From an uncultured archaeon (GTDB taxonomy: Archaea; Asgardarchaeota; Thorarchaeia; Thorarchaeales; Thorarchaeaceae): a stretch of 64,000 bases of DNA. Under the pieces are notes generated by a model, which saw nothing but the letters and a program-made list of their open reading frames with translations, had not been told where the DNA came from and searched no databases. The DNA is taken from the NCBI GenBank assembly GCA_964610875.1, contig CAZSWP010000006.1:36660-100659 (forward strand). Direction: 5' to 3'. Shown in pieces: positions 9,637 to 19,602 of this stretch (its first letter is position 1; every line of letters begins with the position of its first letter). The translations under genes and the position numbers were made by a program.

Positions 9637-10887
9637 ATGTTTGGATTCCTAAAAAGAGACCCTGTTGAACGTGCGAAGAAACATGTTGAGAAAGCATTGA
9701 AAGAAATCGAAGATGACTATTACGATTATGCCAGCGATGAATATGAAAAAGCGGCTCGTTTGTTCTTTGAAGCAGGTCGTAATGATTTTGCAGTCAAGTA
9801 CTTCAGAGAAGCTGCATATTGTGCACTCGCGATGGAGAATCATAATAGAGCAGGGGAGATGAAAATAATTGCTGCAGAAACTGTCGTTGGAGATGCGATG
9901 TTCAATGAGGGTGGTTCATTATATGCTGAGTCTTCAGACCACTATCATAGGACCAAAAGAATGAAGGAATCTATTAATTCATTATCAATGGCGATAATTT
10001 GTTATCTGGCTGCTAGGAATTTTGACACCGCTGTGAATATGATACGCAAAGCTGACAAACGCTTAGGTAAGAAGAAAACCACTACTCCTCTTTACGATCT
10101 AGCGAAATTGGGAGTTAGCGTTCTAGTTGAGGGTGAAAGCACTTCTCCCGATATTTTAGAAAAGACAATCTCAAAAGCAAAACCAAAAGAGACCAATGTG
10201 GGTCTTTTCAATTTCATTGGCGATTCATTGAAAATCGCTCAAGAAACTGAAGTTGTCATTGAGTGGGCAGGGAAGGTTCATGAAGAAGTCAATGCAAAGA
10301 CACCAATTGAATTCGAATTGAGATACAAATGTCCTGCTGATGTCAGAGTCACGGAATACAAGTTTTCGCTATCAAATAGTGTTGTATTTGAGAAAGAGCC
10401 CGGGATTGATAAAACCGTACGTTCCAAGGATGGTTCATGGCTGATGGTCATAAAACCCGTTCTTAGTGGTGAAGGTACAGTCGGACCATTTAGATTGACA
10501 CTTGATGGTGATGAAGTGTTAGTTCATAAACACAGCAATAAAATCGATTTTCGAATTGCTAGAGCTCCGTCCAACCTAGTTATGCATGTGACACCAAAGA
10601 AGCTCTCCTGTGATTTGGGTGAAGAGTTGGTTTTAGATGTCACAATCAAAAATGAAGGGGACGGTCCTGCAGACAACATTCGTGTTGGTACCGAGCTAAC
10701 TGATGGCTTGGAACTTTCAATTGGTCTACCAGAAAAACAGATACAATTCATCGGCCCTGGTGAGAAGATGGTGTTTCAGGTTTATGTGAAAGGGATTGGG
10801 TTCGGTGAAGGTACTGCAAAGATATGCTTGACAGATGAGAAGGATGGCTCTGAAATAACTGAATCTGTCAGTATAACTGTGGGTTAG
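9637..10887 (+). CDS. SNAP-like TPR solenoid plus two Ig-like/CARDB domains
   Basis: Repeats such as YASDEYEKAARLF, AVKYFREAA, GGSLYAESS; C-terminal beta-sandwich (LDVTIKNEGDGPADNIRV); ATG 9637 follows GGAGTG. Confidence 0.7.
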   Translation: MFGFLKRDPVERAKKHVEKALKEIEDDYYDYASDEYEKAARLFFEAGRNDFAVKYFREAAYCALAMENHNRAGEMKIIAAETVVGDAMFNEGGSLYAESSDHYHRTKRMKESINSLSMAIICYLAARNFDTAVNMIRKADKRLGKKKTTTPLYDLAKLGVSVLVEGESTSPDILEKTISKAKPKETNVGLFNFIGDSLKIAQETEVVIEWAGKVHEEVNAKTPIEFELRYKCPADVRVTEYKFSLSNSVVFEKEPGIDKTVRSKDGSWLMVIKPVLSGEGTVGPFRLTLDGDEVLVHKHSNKIDFRIARAPSNLVMHVTPKKLSCDLGEELVLDVTIKNEGDGPADNIRVGTELTDGLELSIGLPEKQIQFIGPGEKMVFQVYVKGIGFGEGTAKICLTDEKDGSEITESVSITVG

Positions 10888-10889
10888 CG

Positions 10890-11663
10890 CTATTCCATAT
10901 CTTTCAGACGCCTCTTTCGCTGTACATCTTCACGGATATCTAGACAAGCACCCATGACTTGTTGGATGGTGTCTTCTTCCTTGAAAATTGCAAGCATATC
11001 TGAGGCTTTTTCTAAGTCATCCTCAGTGAGAGCTTCACTGAAAGCAAGTAATGTTTTCAACCAATCCCATCTAGTCTTTTCAATTACTCTATTCGCTTTC
11101 TCAATCAGTTCTTTTGCTTTGTCTGTTTCTTCAATTGTTGCATACCCCATCGCACCAAGAGAAAGGTCGATTACCGCACGTTCAGCTTTCCCATCATCAA
11201 GTGCTTTGTCTGATGCTTTATTGTACAGACGTGCCATATTCTTCGCTGCTGTCAAGAAATACTCCTTGTTATTCAGTTTGTGACACATGAATGCTGCCCA
11301 TAGATATGACTGAGCTGCGGTTTCAGTCATTCTCTCTAGAAGTGCTTCATTTGCGGCATTCTCATATAGTGACAGAGCTGTGGCAAAATCGTTTGCATTA
11401 CGATATTGTGTTGCAGCTTCAAAATAGGCAGTGGCAGCTTTTCTGTGTTCATCTCTTTCTACACTTGTCTCTGCATAGATGTGATAAAACTCGGCTGCTT
11501 TTCTTGTCATTTCTATTACGCTTTCCAAGTAACAACTAGCAGCCTGTTTGTATCTATTTGCTGCTTCATAGTATTTCTCTGCTTCAGCATACTCTCCAGC
11601 AAGCCTCTCCCATTGGATGCATTCTTCTTCCATTGATGCCTCGGCTCCATCATGTATTCTCAC
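10890..11663 (-). CDS. alpha-SNAP-like TPR protein
   Basis: EAANRYKQAASCY, KAATAYFEAATQYR, ALSLYENAA repeats; all-helical; probable start ATG 11633. Confidence 0.7.
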   Translation of the reverse strand: MRIHDGAEASMEEECIQWERLAGEYAEAEKYYEAANRYKQAASCYLESVIEMTRKAAEFYHIYAETSVERDEHRKAATAYFEAATQYRNANDFATALSLYENAANEALLERMTETAAQSYLWAAFMCHKLNNKEYFLTAAKNMARLYNKASDKALDDGKAERAVIDLSLGAMGYATIEETDKAKELIEKANRVIEKTRWDWLKTLLAFSEALTEDDLEKASDMLAIFKEEDTIQQVMGACLDIREDVQRKRRLKDME

Positions 11664-11755
11664 TAGTAACTAAGCTAGTCACGTGGGAATTACAGTAAAT
11701 GACTCATGTATAAATATGATATTCGGATAGATGTTTGACGATTTTTCGGTGTTCT

Positions 11756-13018
11756 TTACCCTTCCATTTCCTCAAGAAGTTCTTTAGCACGCTCCACTTT
11801 AATCGTTTTCTCCGCAATCATCTTCTTTGCTATCTTATCAACCAGCTCTCCTCGAGCTCCGGCTGTTGCAGCAACATTTCTTGCATGGAGTGACATGTGA
11901 CCCTTCTGTATTCCTTCTGCAGCCAGTGCACGAAGTGCTGCAAGATTTTGTGCAAGTCCGACGCTGGCTATTACATGTCCTAACTCTTGTGCTGTCTTTA
12001 CACCGAGAATACTTACTGCAATTCTTGCAACAGGATGAACTTTTGTTGCCCCTCCAACAAGACCTACTGCCATAGGTATCTCGATTGATCCCACAAGGTT
12101 GCCAAATTGATCCTTTTCATACTTGGTGAGTGACCCATAACCTCCAACAGATGCATATGAATGTGCGCCAGCTTCAATTGCTCTAAAATCGTTTCCAGTA
12201 GCTACTATTACAGCATCAATTCCGTTCATTATTCCCTTGTTATGTGTAGCGCAACGATATGGGTCTGATTCCGCAAAAGCCCAAGCTGCAATGATTCCAT
12301 CAACAACTTCGTTACCACCTAGTAGCTCTTTGTCAAAAACTGCTCTGACGCGTGTTAATCGTTTATCAGCAAGATTTGACAGAATCCGAAGGAGTACCTT
12401 CCCACCAGATATTTTCTCGATCTCTGGTGCTAATGCCTCTGCCATAGTATTAACTGCATTTGCACCCATAGCATCTTTTGTGTCGACGATTATCTCTGTA
12501 ATGACCATTGATCCAATCTCTGAATCAATCACACGTACACGTAGGTCTCTTGCCCCTCCACCGAATTTAACAAGGATGGGGTCTTGTTCATTAGCAAGCT
12601 TTAGTAAACGGTCCTTATTTTCAATAATCATGAGTTTTGCTTTAAATGGTGTAGGCACCTCAATTGCTTGGATTTGTGCTATCATGTGAGAACCGGTATC
12701 GGTAGCGAAGAATCCACCATTCTTCCTAGCGATTCGTGCAGCATTACTTGCTGCAGCTACAACAGATGGCTCCTCAATTGCCATAGGAATGAGGTAATCT
12801 TTCTCGTTGATTCTGAAATTGGTAGCAATCCCAACCGGAATCGTCATTGCGCCTACTACGTTCTCAATCATATGATCCAGTATCTCTAAGTCGACTTCTC
12901 CAGGATTTGTGAGTGGTTTCAGTTCTTCCTCTGATATGCCTGTTAACTTTGAGAGTTCTCTTACTCTTTCTTCACGTGTGAGTTTGTAAAAGCCTGATAC
13001 TCTTGAATCCTCAACCAT
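11756..13018 (-). CDS. hmgA: HMG-CoA reductase, class II (MvaA type)
   Basis: MIENVVG, EEPSVVAAAS, DAMGAN, ATHNKGIMNG, GNDFRAIEAG, GIQKGHMSLH. Confidence 0.97.
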   Translation of the reverse strand: MVEDSRVSGFYKLTREERVRELSKLTGISEEELKPLTNPGEVDLEILDHMIENVVGAMTIPVGIATNFRINEKDYLIPMAIEEPSVVAAASNAARIARKNGGFFATDTGSHMIAQIQAIEVPTPFKAKLMIIENKDRLLKLANEQDPILVKFGGGARDLRVRVIDSEIGSMVITEIIVDTKDAMGANAVNTMAEALAPEIEKISGGKVLLRILSNLADKRLTRVRAVFDKELLGGNEVVDGIIAAWAFAESDPYRCATHNKGIMNGIDAVIVATGNDFRAIEAGAHSYASVGGYGSLTKYEKDQFGNLVGSIEIPMAVGLVGGATKVHPVARIAVSILGVKTAQELGHVIASVGLAQNLAALRALAAEGIQKGHMSLHARNVAATAGARGELVDKIAKKMIAEKTIKVERAKELLEEMEG

Positions 13019-13075
13019 GACAGCACCTTGCTATTTAGTCGGAATTCAATTTCTAATAAGACTAGCGCCCTAATG

Positions 13076-13126
13076 TATGGTTGCGACCATAGCTTTAAGA
13101 AAGATATACTACTGCTTCGGAGCGGT
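13076..13126. promoter_or_regulatory. Divergent hmgA/glyS promoter with a palindrome and a glyS leader hairpin
   Basis: TATGGT-tgcg-ACCATA (13076-13091) just upstream of TTTAAGAA; ACTGCT-tcgg-AGCGGT (13111-13126). Confidence 0.4.
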
Positions 13127-13134
13127 TCTCTACT

Positions 13135-14640
13135 ATGACATCCGAAAAAGACTTCCATGAGATAATTAATGGTTTAGCAAAAAATAGAGGGTTCTATTGG
13201 GGGCCTTCTCCTGAAATCTATGGGGGCAGTGCTGGATTCTATGATTTAGGACCTTTAGGAAAGCTACTCAAAAACCGACTAGAAAACAGAATTCGTGCAT
13301 CATTTGTGAAGGCTGGATTCTGGGAGGTTTCGTGTCCAACTGTATCCCCAGAAATTGTCTGGAAAGCATCTGGTCATCTTGATGGCTTCATAGATCCCAT
13401 AGTGAAGTGTACTAAATGCGACCAAGTTTTTCGAGCTGATGATTTGATTGTGGAAGCGACTGAAGGAACTGTAAGGGGACTATCTTTGGAAGAGATGTCT
13501 GAAAAGATCAAAGAGTTAGATATCCGATGTGGTTCTTGTGATGGTGAACTCGGAGAGGTTGAACAATACAATCTCATGCTAAAAACTACATTGGGATTGG
13601 ACCAAGAGGCATACATGCGACCTGAAACTGCTACATCAACATATTTGCTTTTCAAGAGGATTCTGAATTTTTTTAGAAACAAGTTACCCGCTATGGTCTT
13701 TCAGATAGGGACAGCATATCGAAATGAGATATCTCCTCGTCAAGGGATGTTGCGACTGAGAGAGTTCACACAGGTAGAAGGTCAGATTTTCATACTTGAA
13801 GAGGATGAAATGAAGTGGGAACCGTTCGATGAAATCAAGCATGATGAATTACCTATTCTCCCTCATCAAATTCAAGAGAAGGGTTCACAAGATGTTGAAA
13901 TGGTAAAGATGTCTGAAGCCTTGAAGAGAGGCTATTTTCAGAAACCTGCTTATGCTTGGTGCGTTCATTTAGCTTACTCTATCTATCGTAATATGGGCTT
14001 CAATCCAGAGAACATCCGTCTTAGACAGCATCTCCTCAATGAACGGGCACACTATGCAAGAGACGCATGGGATGTGGAAATCCTTACTAGAAGTTTCGGA
14101 TGGGTTGAGTGTTGCGGTGTTCATGATAGAGGGAATTATGATCTCACACAGCATCAGCAGTTCTCCAAAGAAAAACTTCATGTAAAAGTGGATAAGAAGC
14201 CGGTGGTACCCAATGTCCTCGAAATTGCTTTTGGAGTTGAGAGACCACTCTTTGCTTTAATTGACAATGCCTATGATGAGGATGAAGAGCGGAACTGGTT
14301 ACGAATTCCACCAGAAGTTGCTCCAGTGCAAGTAGGTGTATTTCCACTTATGGGTAAAGATGAACTCATGGAGCCTGCGCTTGAGATATTTGATGCTATA
14401 ATGGAGAGCGGGCTTGTGGCTTATTTTGATAAGGGTGGGTCAATAGGTCGTCGTTACCGTAGGCAAGATGAAATTGGTACACCTTTCTGTATCACGATTG
14501 ATTACGACTCTCTTGAGGACAATACAGTTACAATTCGTGAGAGAGACAGTATGGATCAAGTCCGAGTGAATAGAGATATCTTAGTAAAGACTCTGAATGA
14601 CCTAGTAAAAGCACGAATCACATTTGATTCCCTAAAATGA
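13135..14640 (+). CDS. glyS: Glycine--tRNA ligase (alpha2, archaeal/eukaryotic type)
   Basis: EIYGG..GFYDLGPLG, MRPETA, RNEISPRQGMLRLREF, GSIGRRYRRQDEIGTPF. Confidence 0.97.
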   Translation: MTSEKDFHEIINGLAKNRGFYWGPSPEIYGGSAGFYDLGPLGKLLKNRLENRIRASFVKAGFWEVSCPTVSPEIVWKASGHLDGFIDPIVKCTKCDQVFRADDLIVEATEGTVRGLSLEEMSEKIKELDIRCGSCDGELGEVEQYNLMLKTTLGLDQEAYMRPETATSTYLLFKRILNFFRNKLPAMVFQIGTAYRNEISPRQGMLRLREFTQVEGQIFILEEDEMKWEPFDEIKHDELPILPHQIQEKGSQDVEMVKMSEALKRGYFQKPAYAWCVHLAYSIYRNMGFNPENIRLRQHLLNERAHYARDAWDVEILTRSFGWVECCGVHDRGNYDLTQHQQFSKEKLHVKVDKKPVVPNVLEIAFGVERPLFALIDNAYDEDEERNWLRIPPEVAPVQVGVFPLMGKDELMEPALEIFDAIMESGLVAYFDKGGSIGRRYRRQDEIGTPFCITIDYDSLEDNTVTIRERDSMDQVRVNRDILVKTLNDLVKARITFDSLK

Positions 14641-14707
14641 TAACAGATTGTCTTTGCAGAAAAGGACATAAGGCTGATAGCTATTAGGTGCTTAGAGAGG
14701 GTGCATC

Positions 14708-15151
14708 TTGAGCGAAGAAGAAAAGCCAGTGCAGGTAAAGACAATCCTAGTAGCTGTTGATGGTTCAGAATACTCAGATAAAGCAGTGCAATATGCTTGT
14801 GCCATGGGTCCATTATTAAATGCAGAAGTCATTCTGCTACATGTTGTGCCAATGTTGGTTTCAGCTACACCTTATCATGATACTCAGTCGGACCAACCAT
14901 TTCTTGCTCTTCAGAAGGTTGGAGAAGATATTCTAGATAGAGCGAAAAAGATTGCAGATACATGTCCAGTGACTGATCTGATTGATCATGGTGATCCAGC
15001 TGCACGAATCATCGAAATCGCGAAAGAGAGAGATGTGGACCTCATTATAATGGGATCAAGGGGCCTCAGTGGAATTAAGCGGTTATTCGTGGGTTCCATC
15101 AGCGATAAGGTTGCAAATAGTGCTGAATGTCCTGTAATGATAGTGAGGTAG
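14708..15151 (+). CDS. Universal stress protein
   Basis: ILVAVDGSEYS, GDPA..I, IIMGSRG...LFVGSISDKV, CPVMIV. Confidence 0.95.
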   Translation: MSEEEKPVQVKTILVAVDGSEYSDKAVQYACAMGPLLNAEVILLHVVPMLVSATPYHDTQSDQPFLALQKVGEDILDRAKKIADTCPVTDLIDHGDPAARIIEIAKERDVDLIIMGSRGLSGIKRLFVGSISDKVANSAECPVMIVR

Positions 15152-15184
15152 TATTCCATCTAACTCCGGGGGTAGCAGTAGTAG

Positions 15185-16453
15185 ATGTCCCCTTATGGTA
15201 TTGCTGTCGATCTTGGCACATCAAAAATTTCTATGGCACTATATGAGATTGAAAGTGAAAACGCATTGGGAAAAATTAGATTTCTTAATCCGCAATCTAC
15301 TGCTGGAGAAGATGTTGTTTCACGAATCAAATATGCTGTATCTTCTTCAAAGAAAAAACAAGAACTGGTTGATGCTTTGAGAGAAATCGTCTGTAAACAG
15401 GTTGTATCTCTACTTGATACCCATGAAATAGACACGAATGAGTCCATTGAACTTGTGATTGTTGGCAACACTCCCATGCATCACTTCTTCTTTGATTTAG
15501 AATTGAATGACCTGCTGGAACCTCCTTTTCTGACAAAAAATAGAGATTCCATAAACGTAAGTATTGATGACATCTATCCGAGTATATCACTTGATGGAAC
15601 CATCTACTCTCCCCCATTAGTTGGATCGTTCATAGGCAATGATCTTATTGCATCGTCATTAGTTGCCTTTTCAGTTTGTGATAACTATCCTATGATTGTA
15701 ATAGATGTTGGTACGAACACTGAGATTCTTGTTTCTAATGGTAGTAAGCATTGGGCCGTTTCTGCCGCATCAGGCCCTGCCTTTGAAGGGATGAGTATTC
15801 AATCAGGTATGTCTGCTGAAAGGGGTGCAATCCATTCGGTAGACATTGACATTGAGTCTCTCAAAGCTGTAGTAAGAACAATAGGCGATGAGCCTCCTAA
15901 GGGGTTCTGTGGCAGTGGAGTTGTGTCAGCACTAGCAGCTATGTTCAAGTCAGGAATAATAAATAGAAATGGGTCTATTGAAAGAAGGATTTCAAATCGT
16001 TGGATTCACTCATCAGACGGTCTATTGTCTTATGTGGTCGTTCCTCATACAGAGTCTGGAACCAGTAACACAATTCAAATTACTCAACCCGAGATCAGAA
16101 TGCTACAACAATCAAAAGCATCAATACGTGCAGCTATTGAAACCCTATTTACTTCTGCGTCGATTAATCATAATGAGATTCTATGTGCATATATTACCGG
16201 AGCATTTGGATCTGAACTGGTTATTGATGATGCTTTTGCTATTGGATTATTCCCAGATGTTTCTAAAGGAGCGATAATACAGGAAAATAATGGAGCATTG
16301 AGTGGTGCAATTAAAATGTTGCATAGTAGTGGCAGAAAAATGGCTGAAGACCTTGCTCAGGAAACAAAGTATGTTGATTTGATGGAATCAGATGCATACT
16401 CAAATTTTCATGTTAAAGCACAATTCTTTGGTTCGGACTTTTTTAGTAAATGA
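15185..16453 (+). CDS. ASKHA-domain ATPase (RACo/RamA-like, DUF4445) with no Fe-S domain
   Basis: GIAVDLGTS, NPQ..GEDVVSRI, GNTPMHH, IDVGTNTE, AASGPAFEG, GFCGSG, GAFG. Confidence 0.85.
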   Translation: MSPYGIAVDLGTSKISMALYEIESENALGKIRFLNPQSTAGEDVVSRIKYAVSSSKKKQELVDALREIVCKQVVSLLDTHEIDTNESIELVIVGNTPMHHFFFDLELNDLLEPPFLTKNRDSINVSIDDIYPSISLDGTIYSPPLVGSFIGNDLIASSLVAFSVCDNYPMIVIDVGTNTEILVSNGSKHWAVSAASGPAFEGMSIQSGMSAERGAIHSVDIDIESLKAVVRTIGDEPPKGFCGSGVVSALAAMFKSGIINRNGSIERRISNRWIHSSDGLLSYVVVPHTESGTSNTIQITQPEIRMLQQSKASIRAAIETLFTSASINHNEILCAYITGAFGSELVIDDAFAIGLFPDVSKGAIIQENNGALSGAIKMLHSSGRKMAEDLAQETKYVDLMESDAYSNFHVKAQFFGSDFFSK

Positions 16454-16925
16454 GCTCGCTATCATCGATCTCTTCTCCTGCACGGATACGTGATGATGAA
16501 ACCGGTCTTCCATCTTTGGTTCTTACAAGAGGAACCACAATTATGTGAAACCGTTTTAACCCATTTATTATTCTGAGTTCATTGATCTCGAAAGCAGTGT
16601 CAACTACATTCAATTCATCAGAAACAACTAATGCCTCAAGATCCCTCATCTTATCAGCTCCTCCCTCCTTTGTTTCGATGGGGAAGATTTCACTCCGATT
16701 AACCGCTCCTTCTTCTCTAAGGAAATTCTCAAGATTTTTGTATCTCGTTTCATATGATTGAATCATTTTTGGATAGGATTTTCCTTCTAGCATTGTGTCT
16801 GTAGTAAGGCCAACTGCAACTTTTTCACCAAGTTGCAATGCCGTTCTGAGAACGTGCTTGTGTCCGATGTGAAGGTGGTCAAAGGTTCCGGCAAATACAA
16901 CTTTTCCATACTGCCTAGAGCCCAT
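16443..16925 (-). CDS. coaD: Phosphopantetheine adenylyltransferase (archaeal type)
   Basis: AGTFDHLHIGHK, VGLTTD, ALVVSDE, VSSSRIR. Confidence 0.9.
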   Translation of the reverse strand: MGSRQYGKVVFAGTFDHLHIGHKHVLRTALQLGEKVAVGLTTDTMLEGKSYPKMIQSYETRYKNLENFLREEGAVNRSEIFPIETKEGGADKMRDLEALVVSDELNVVDTAFEINELRIINGLKRFHIIVVPLVRTKDGRPVSSSRIRAGEEIDDSELIY

Positions 16926-16929
16926 TTAC

Positions 16930-18921
16930 TCACCCTTTTCGAGTTTCAATCACATCAGCTTGTTTCAGGTCTTCAGTTATGTCCTCTAGAGTACTCAGAC
17001 TGAATTTACCAAACTGGAAACAGAGTCGGTCGTGGATCTCATCAAGTGATATCCAATCCGTTGACATATTCAGAAGTTCATCAATATAGTAGAAAATCTT
17101 CTTATCTTTCTCATACAGTTCGGAGTATTTGATTGCTAATTCTGTACTCATGTCGCCAAGATGTCCAGGCGGCATTGCATATTCCAGTTTCCTCTTGACT
17201 TCAATCTCTGATTCAAATGAGTCCAAATCAAAGTGTTCTTCTTCTTTGGCTTCTAATCCAACTTCCGCACATGCACCAAGGTATGCCTTTCGTGCGACAA
17301 CCATCTCTGTTGCATATGCCATCTCAATACTAGCTTTCAAAGCATCTCTGAGTTCTTTTTGTTCGGAGATAAGATGCCATTCATCACCTGTTTTATCTAA
17401 GGTGTCACATGCGATGTCCTTTGCATATCCGAGCCATCTCATAGTTCTTGGATATACTTTCTCTGGATTCTCCAAACATCTTCCAAGAATGTTGACGGCA
17501 TCGACAGATACCCTCTGCATTATTTTCGTACCCTCGTTTCTGATTAATGTGAGCAATTTCTCTTTACATACGAATCTGGGATGAGCCAGTGAGAGTACGG
17601 ATAATACAATCACTCGTGATGCCCATGCCATTTGTGACTCATCGATTTTGTCAATTGTGTCACTGGATGTGTGGTAGAAATTGTCAATGGATTGATTCAA
17701 CATAATCCCTGGTATGCCTATTGTACTATCAGTGAACATGAAATGGTCGCTACCCGCTCCATAGTGATGAAGATTCCATGGGTGTGGTGTCGGTGCTTCT
17801 CCTAATGATGGATTGGGTTTTCGATCTGCTTCAGCTTGTAACCAATATCCAACAACATCGTTTAATGAGCTTGGGAGTGAATATGGTGTACGGTATAGAG
17901 TTAATATCGAACCTGCTTTAGCTGGATCTGCACCCACCATATCTGCGTTAATCATGAACTTGCATTTAGAAAGCAGGTCTTTGTTAGAATCAATATAGTG
18001 AATCATTCCATACCATTCACCCATCCAAATAAATCGAATTGAATACTCTGGGAGCTCAATCTTTCCTTCGTTTAGAAGAGACGCAATCGTTCGATATGTT
18101 TCCAACAAAGCACCACTTCCTGATGCATTATCGTTGGCACCTGGATTTGGGTGGCATATGTGTGATGTCAACCATACTTCTTTGTCCGTTTCTTTACCTG
18201 GAATGACTGCGGAAAGTACGCCTTGAGTCCCTGGTTTCAATTCTGCTTTTATTTCAGCTTTGACCCTGATAGTTTTTCCTTCATCAAGCCAATTCTTTAT
18301 TCGAATGCCATCGGCTTGTGTGAGAGCAAAACCAAATTTCGTCTTTCCTTCTTCTCCTTGTTTTGGCCAAATTCCTTCATACCTTCTCATAGCCGCAATT
18401 TCATCTTTTCCGGATGGTGGAATGTAAGTGAGGAGACCTATTGCTCCATGCTCTATACAAGCTATTTTGTGAACCTTTGAAGCACGTGATGTGGTTAACA
18501 CTACCTTTCCTTTCACGTCTTTTCCTTCATAGTCTTCGGGCTTCATACCTTTGCCGATAAAGACCACTTCCGCTTCACTATCAGTAGTTGTAGAAAACGC
18601 GGCTAAGGAGATGGGTTCTGCAGAAAAATCACAAACTAGAGCTTCCTCGGGCTCTATTATTCTTAGAGTACCACGAATAGGATACCATCCCATTAGATTT
18701 TCCCATAGGCCAATGCTTCCCTTTCCATCAGCCTTGTACTCATGCATGATTGCTGAACCATGACCAATTCGATCAATTTCATTCTTCACATATTCAAGTG
18801 CATTAATCAGTCCCTCTGTCGCCTGGATTCTGTGATGTTGTGCAATTCCTGCAACATAGTATTTTGCTCTGATTCCAGATACCATTTGGACGACTGATTT
18901 GACCATATCTTCAGGTAGCAT
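16930..18921 (-). CDS. M28-family/DUF4910 peptidase with PA domain
   Basis: HHRIQA, DVKGKVVL (PA domain), SHICHP..ANDNASG, INADMVG, GSDH, YHTSSDT. Confidence 0.85.
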   Translation of the reverse strand: MLPEDMVKSVVQMVSGIRAKYYVAGIAQHHRIQATEGLINALEYVKNEIDRIGHGSAIMHEYKADGKGSIGLWENLMGWYPIRGTLRIIEPEEALVCDFSAEPISLAAFSTTTDSEAEVVFIGKGMKPEDYEGKDVKGKVVLTTSRASKVHKIACIEHGAIGLLTYIPPSGKDEIAAMRRYEGIWPKQGEEGKTKFGFALTQADGIRIKNWLDEGKTIRVKAEIKAELKPGTQGVLSAVIPGKETDKEVWLTSHICHPNPGANDNASGSGALLETYRTIASLLNEGKIELPEYSIRFIWMGEWYGMIHYIDSNKDLLSKCKFMINADMVGADPAKAGSILTLYRTPYSLPSSLNDVVGYWLQAEADRKPNPSLGEAPTPHPWNLHHYGAGSDHFMFTDSTIGIPGIMLNQSIDNFYHTSSDTIDKIDESQMAWASRVIVLSVLSLAHPRFVCKEKLLTLIRNEGTKIMQRVSVDAVNILGRCLENPEKVYPRTMRWLGYAKDIACDTLDKTGDEWHLISEQKELRDALKASIEMAYATEMVVARKAYLGACAEVGLEAKEEEHFDLDSFESEIEVKRKLEYAMPPGHLGDMSTELAIKYSELYEKDKKIFYYIDELLNMSTDWISLDEIHDRLCFQFGKFSLSTLEDITEDLKQADVIETRKG

Positions 18922-18990
18922 TCGAAATCACAAGTAAATGAGAACTAATTTCTCACATAAGTACCCTACGACTTGGTCATTTTATTGCAA

Positions 18991-19028
18991 GAAAAGGAAA
19001 AATGTAGGAATGGGCGTTCCCATTCCTA
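18991..19028 (-). terminator. Hairpin plus U-tract after ferritin
   Basis: TAGGAATGGG-cgtt-CCCATTCCTA (19005-19028), followed by T-rich sequence on the minus strand. Confidence 0.65.
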
Positions 19029-19041
19029 AGAATAATCGGGT

Positions 19042-19569
19042 TTATGGATCGGTTGATTCTGCTGGAGGGCCAGCTGCAGGAGCCCTGCTACCTAGTTTGG
19101 AGTCCAACATGAAGAGTGCGTTGACTGAATCTCCAATCTTCTTTAACATATCACGGATTTCCATTGTGGTGGCTTCTTCTTCCACTTGTTCGTCATAGAA
19201 CCAGTTCAAGAATGACATTGTTCCCCTGTCACCATGTTTCTCAGCCAATTCACCAATCTTGTAGATTCTCTCGGTGACATGTGCCTCATGATTGTATGCT
19301 TCCTCAAAGACATCTAGTGGTGATGACCACTCTGTCTTTGGTGCATCAATCGCCTTCAACTCAACACGAGCTCCGCGTTCAGTGAGGTGACGATAGAACC
19401 TCATTGCGTGATTGAATTCTTCTTGATATTGGAATTCCATCCAACGAGCGAACCCTGGTAAGTTCTCTTCTTCAAACCATGTCGCCATTGACAAGTAGAT
19501 ATATCCACTATAAATCTCGAAGTTTATTTGGTCGTTAATTGCGTCTATTAGTTCTTGATTGATCTCCAT
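19042..19569 (-). CDS. ftnA: Non-heme ferritin
   Basis: NDQINFEIYSGYIYLSM, EEFNHA, HEAHVT, WFYDEQVEEE ferroxidase motifs. Confidence 0.96.
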   Translation of the reverse strand: MEINQELIDAINDQINFEIYSGYIYLSMATWFEEENLPGFARWMEFQYQEEFNHAMRFYRHLTERGARVELKAIDAPKTEWSSPLDVFEEAYNHEAHVTERIYKIGELAEKHGDRGTMSFLNWFYDEQVEEEATTMEIRDMLKKIGDSVNALFMLDSKLGSRAPAAGPPAESTDP

Positions 19570-19602
19570 ATTATGAACCTCGACTTCCTACACGAGTTAG
19601 TG

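Noticed and set aside
13079-13093. GGTTGCGACCATAGC resembles the 5' end of 5S rRNA
   Set aside because: The downstream sequence lacks 5S motifs (e.g. CCGAAC, GAAGTTAAG) and runs into glyS within about 45 nt.
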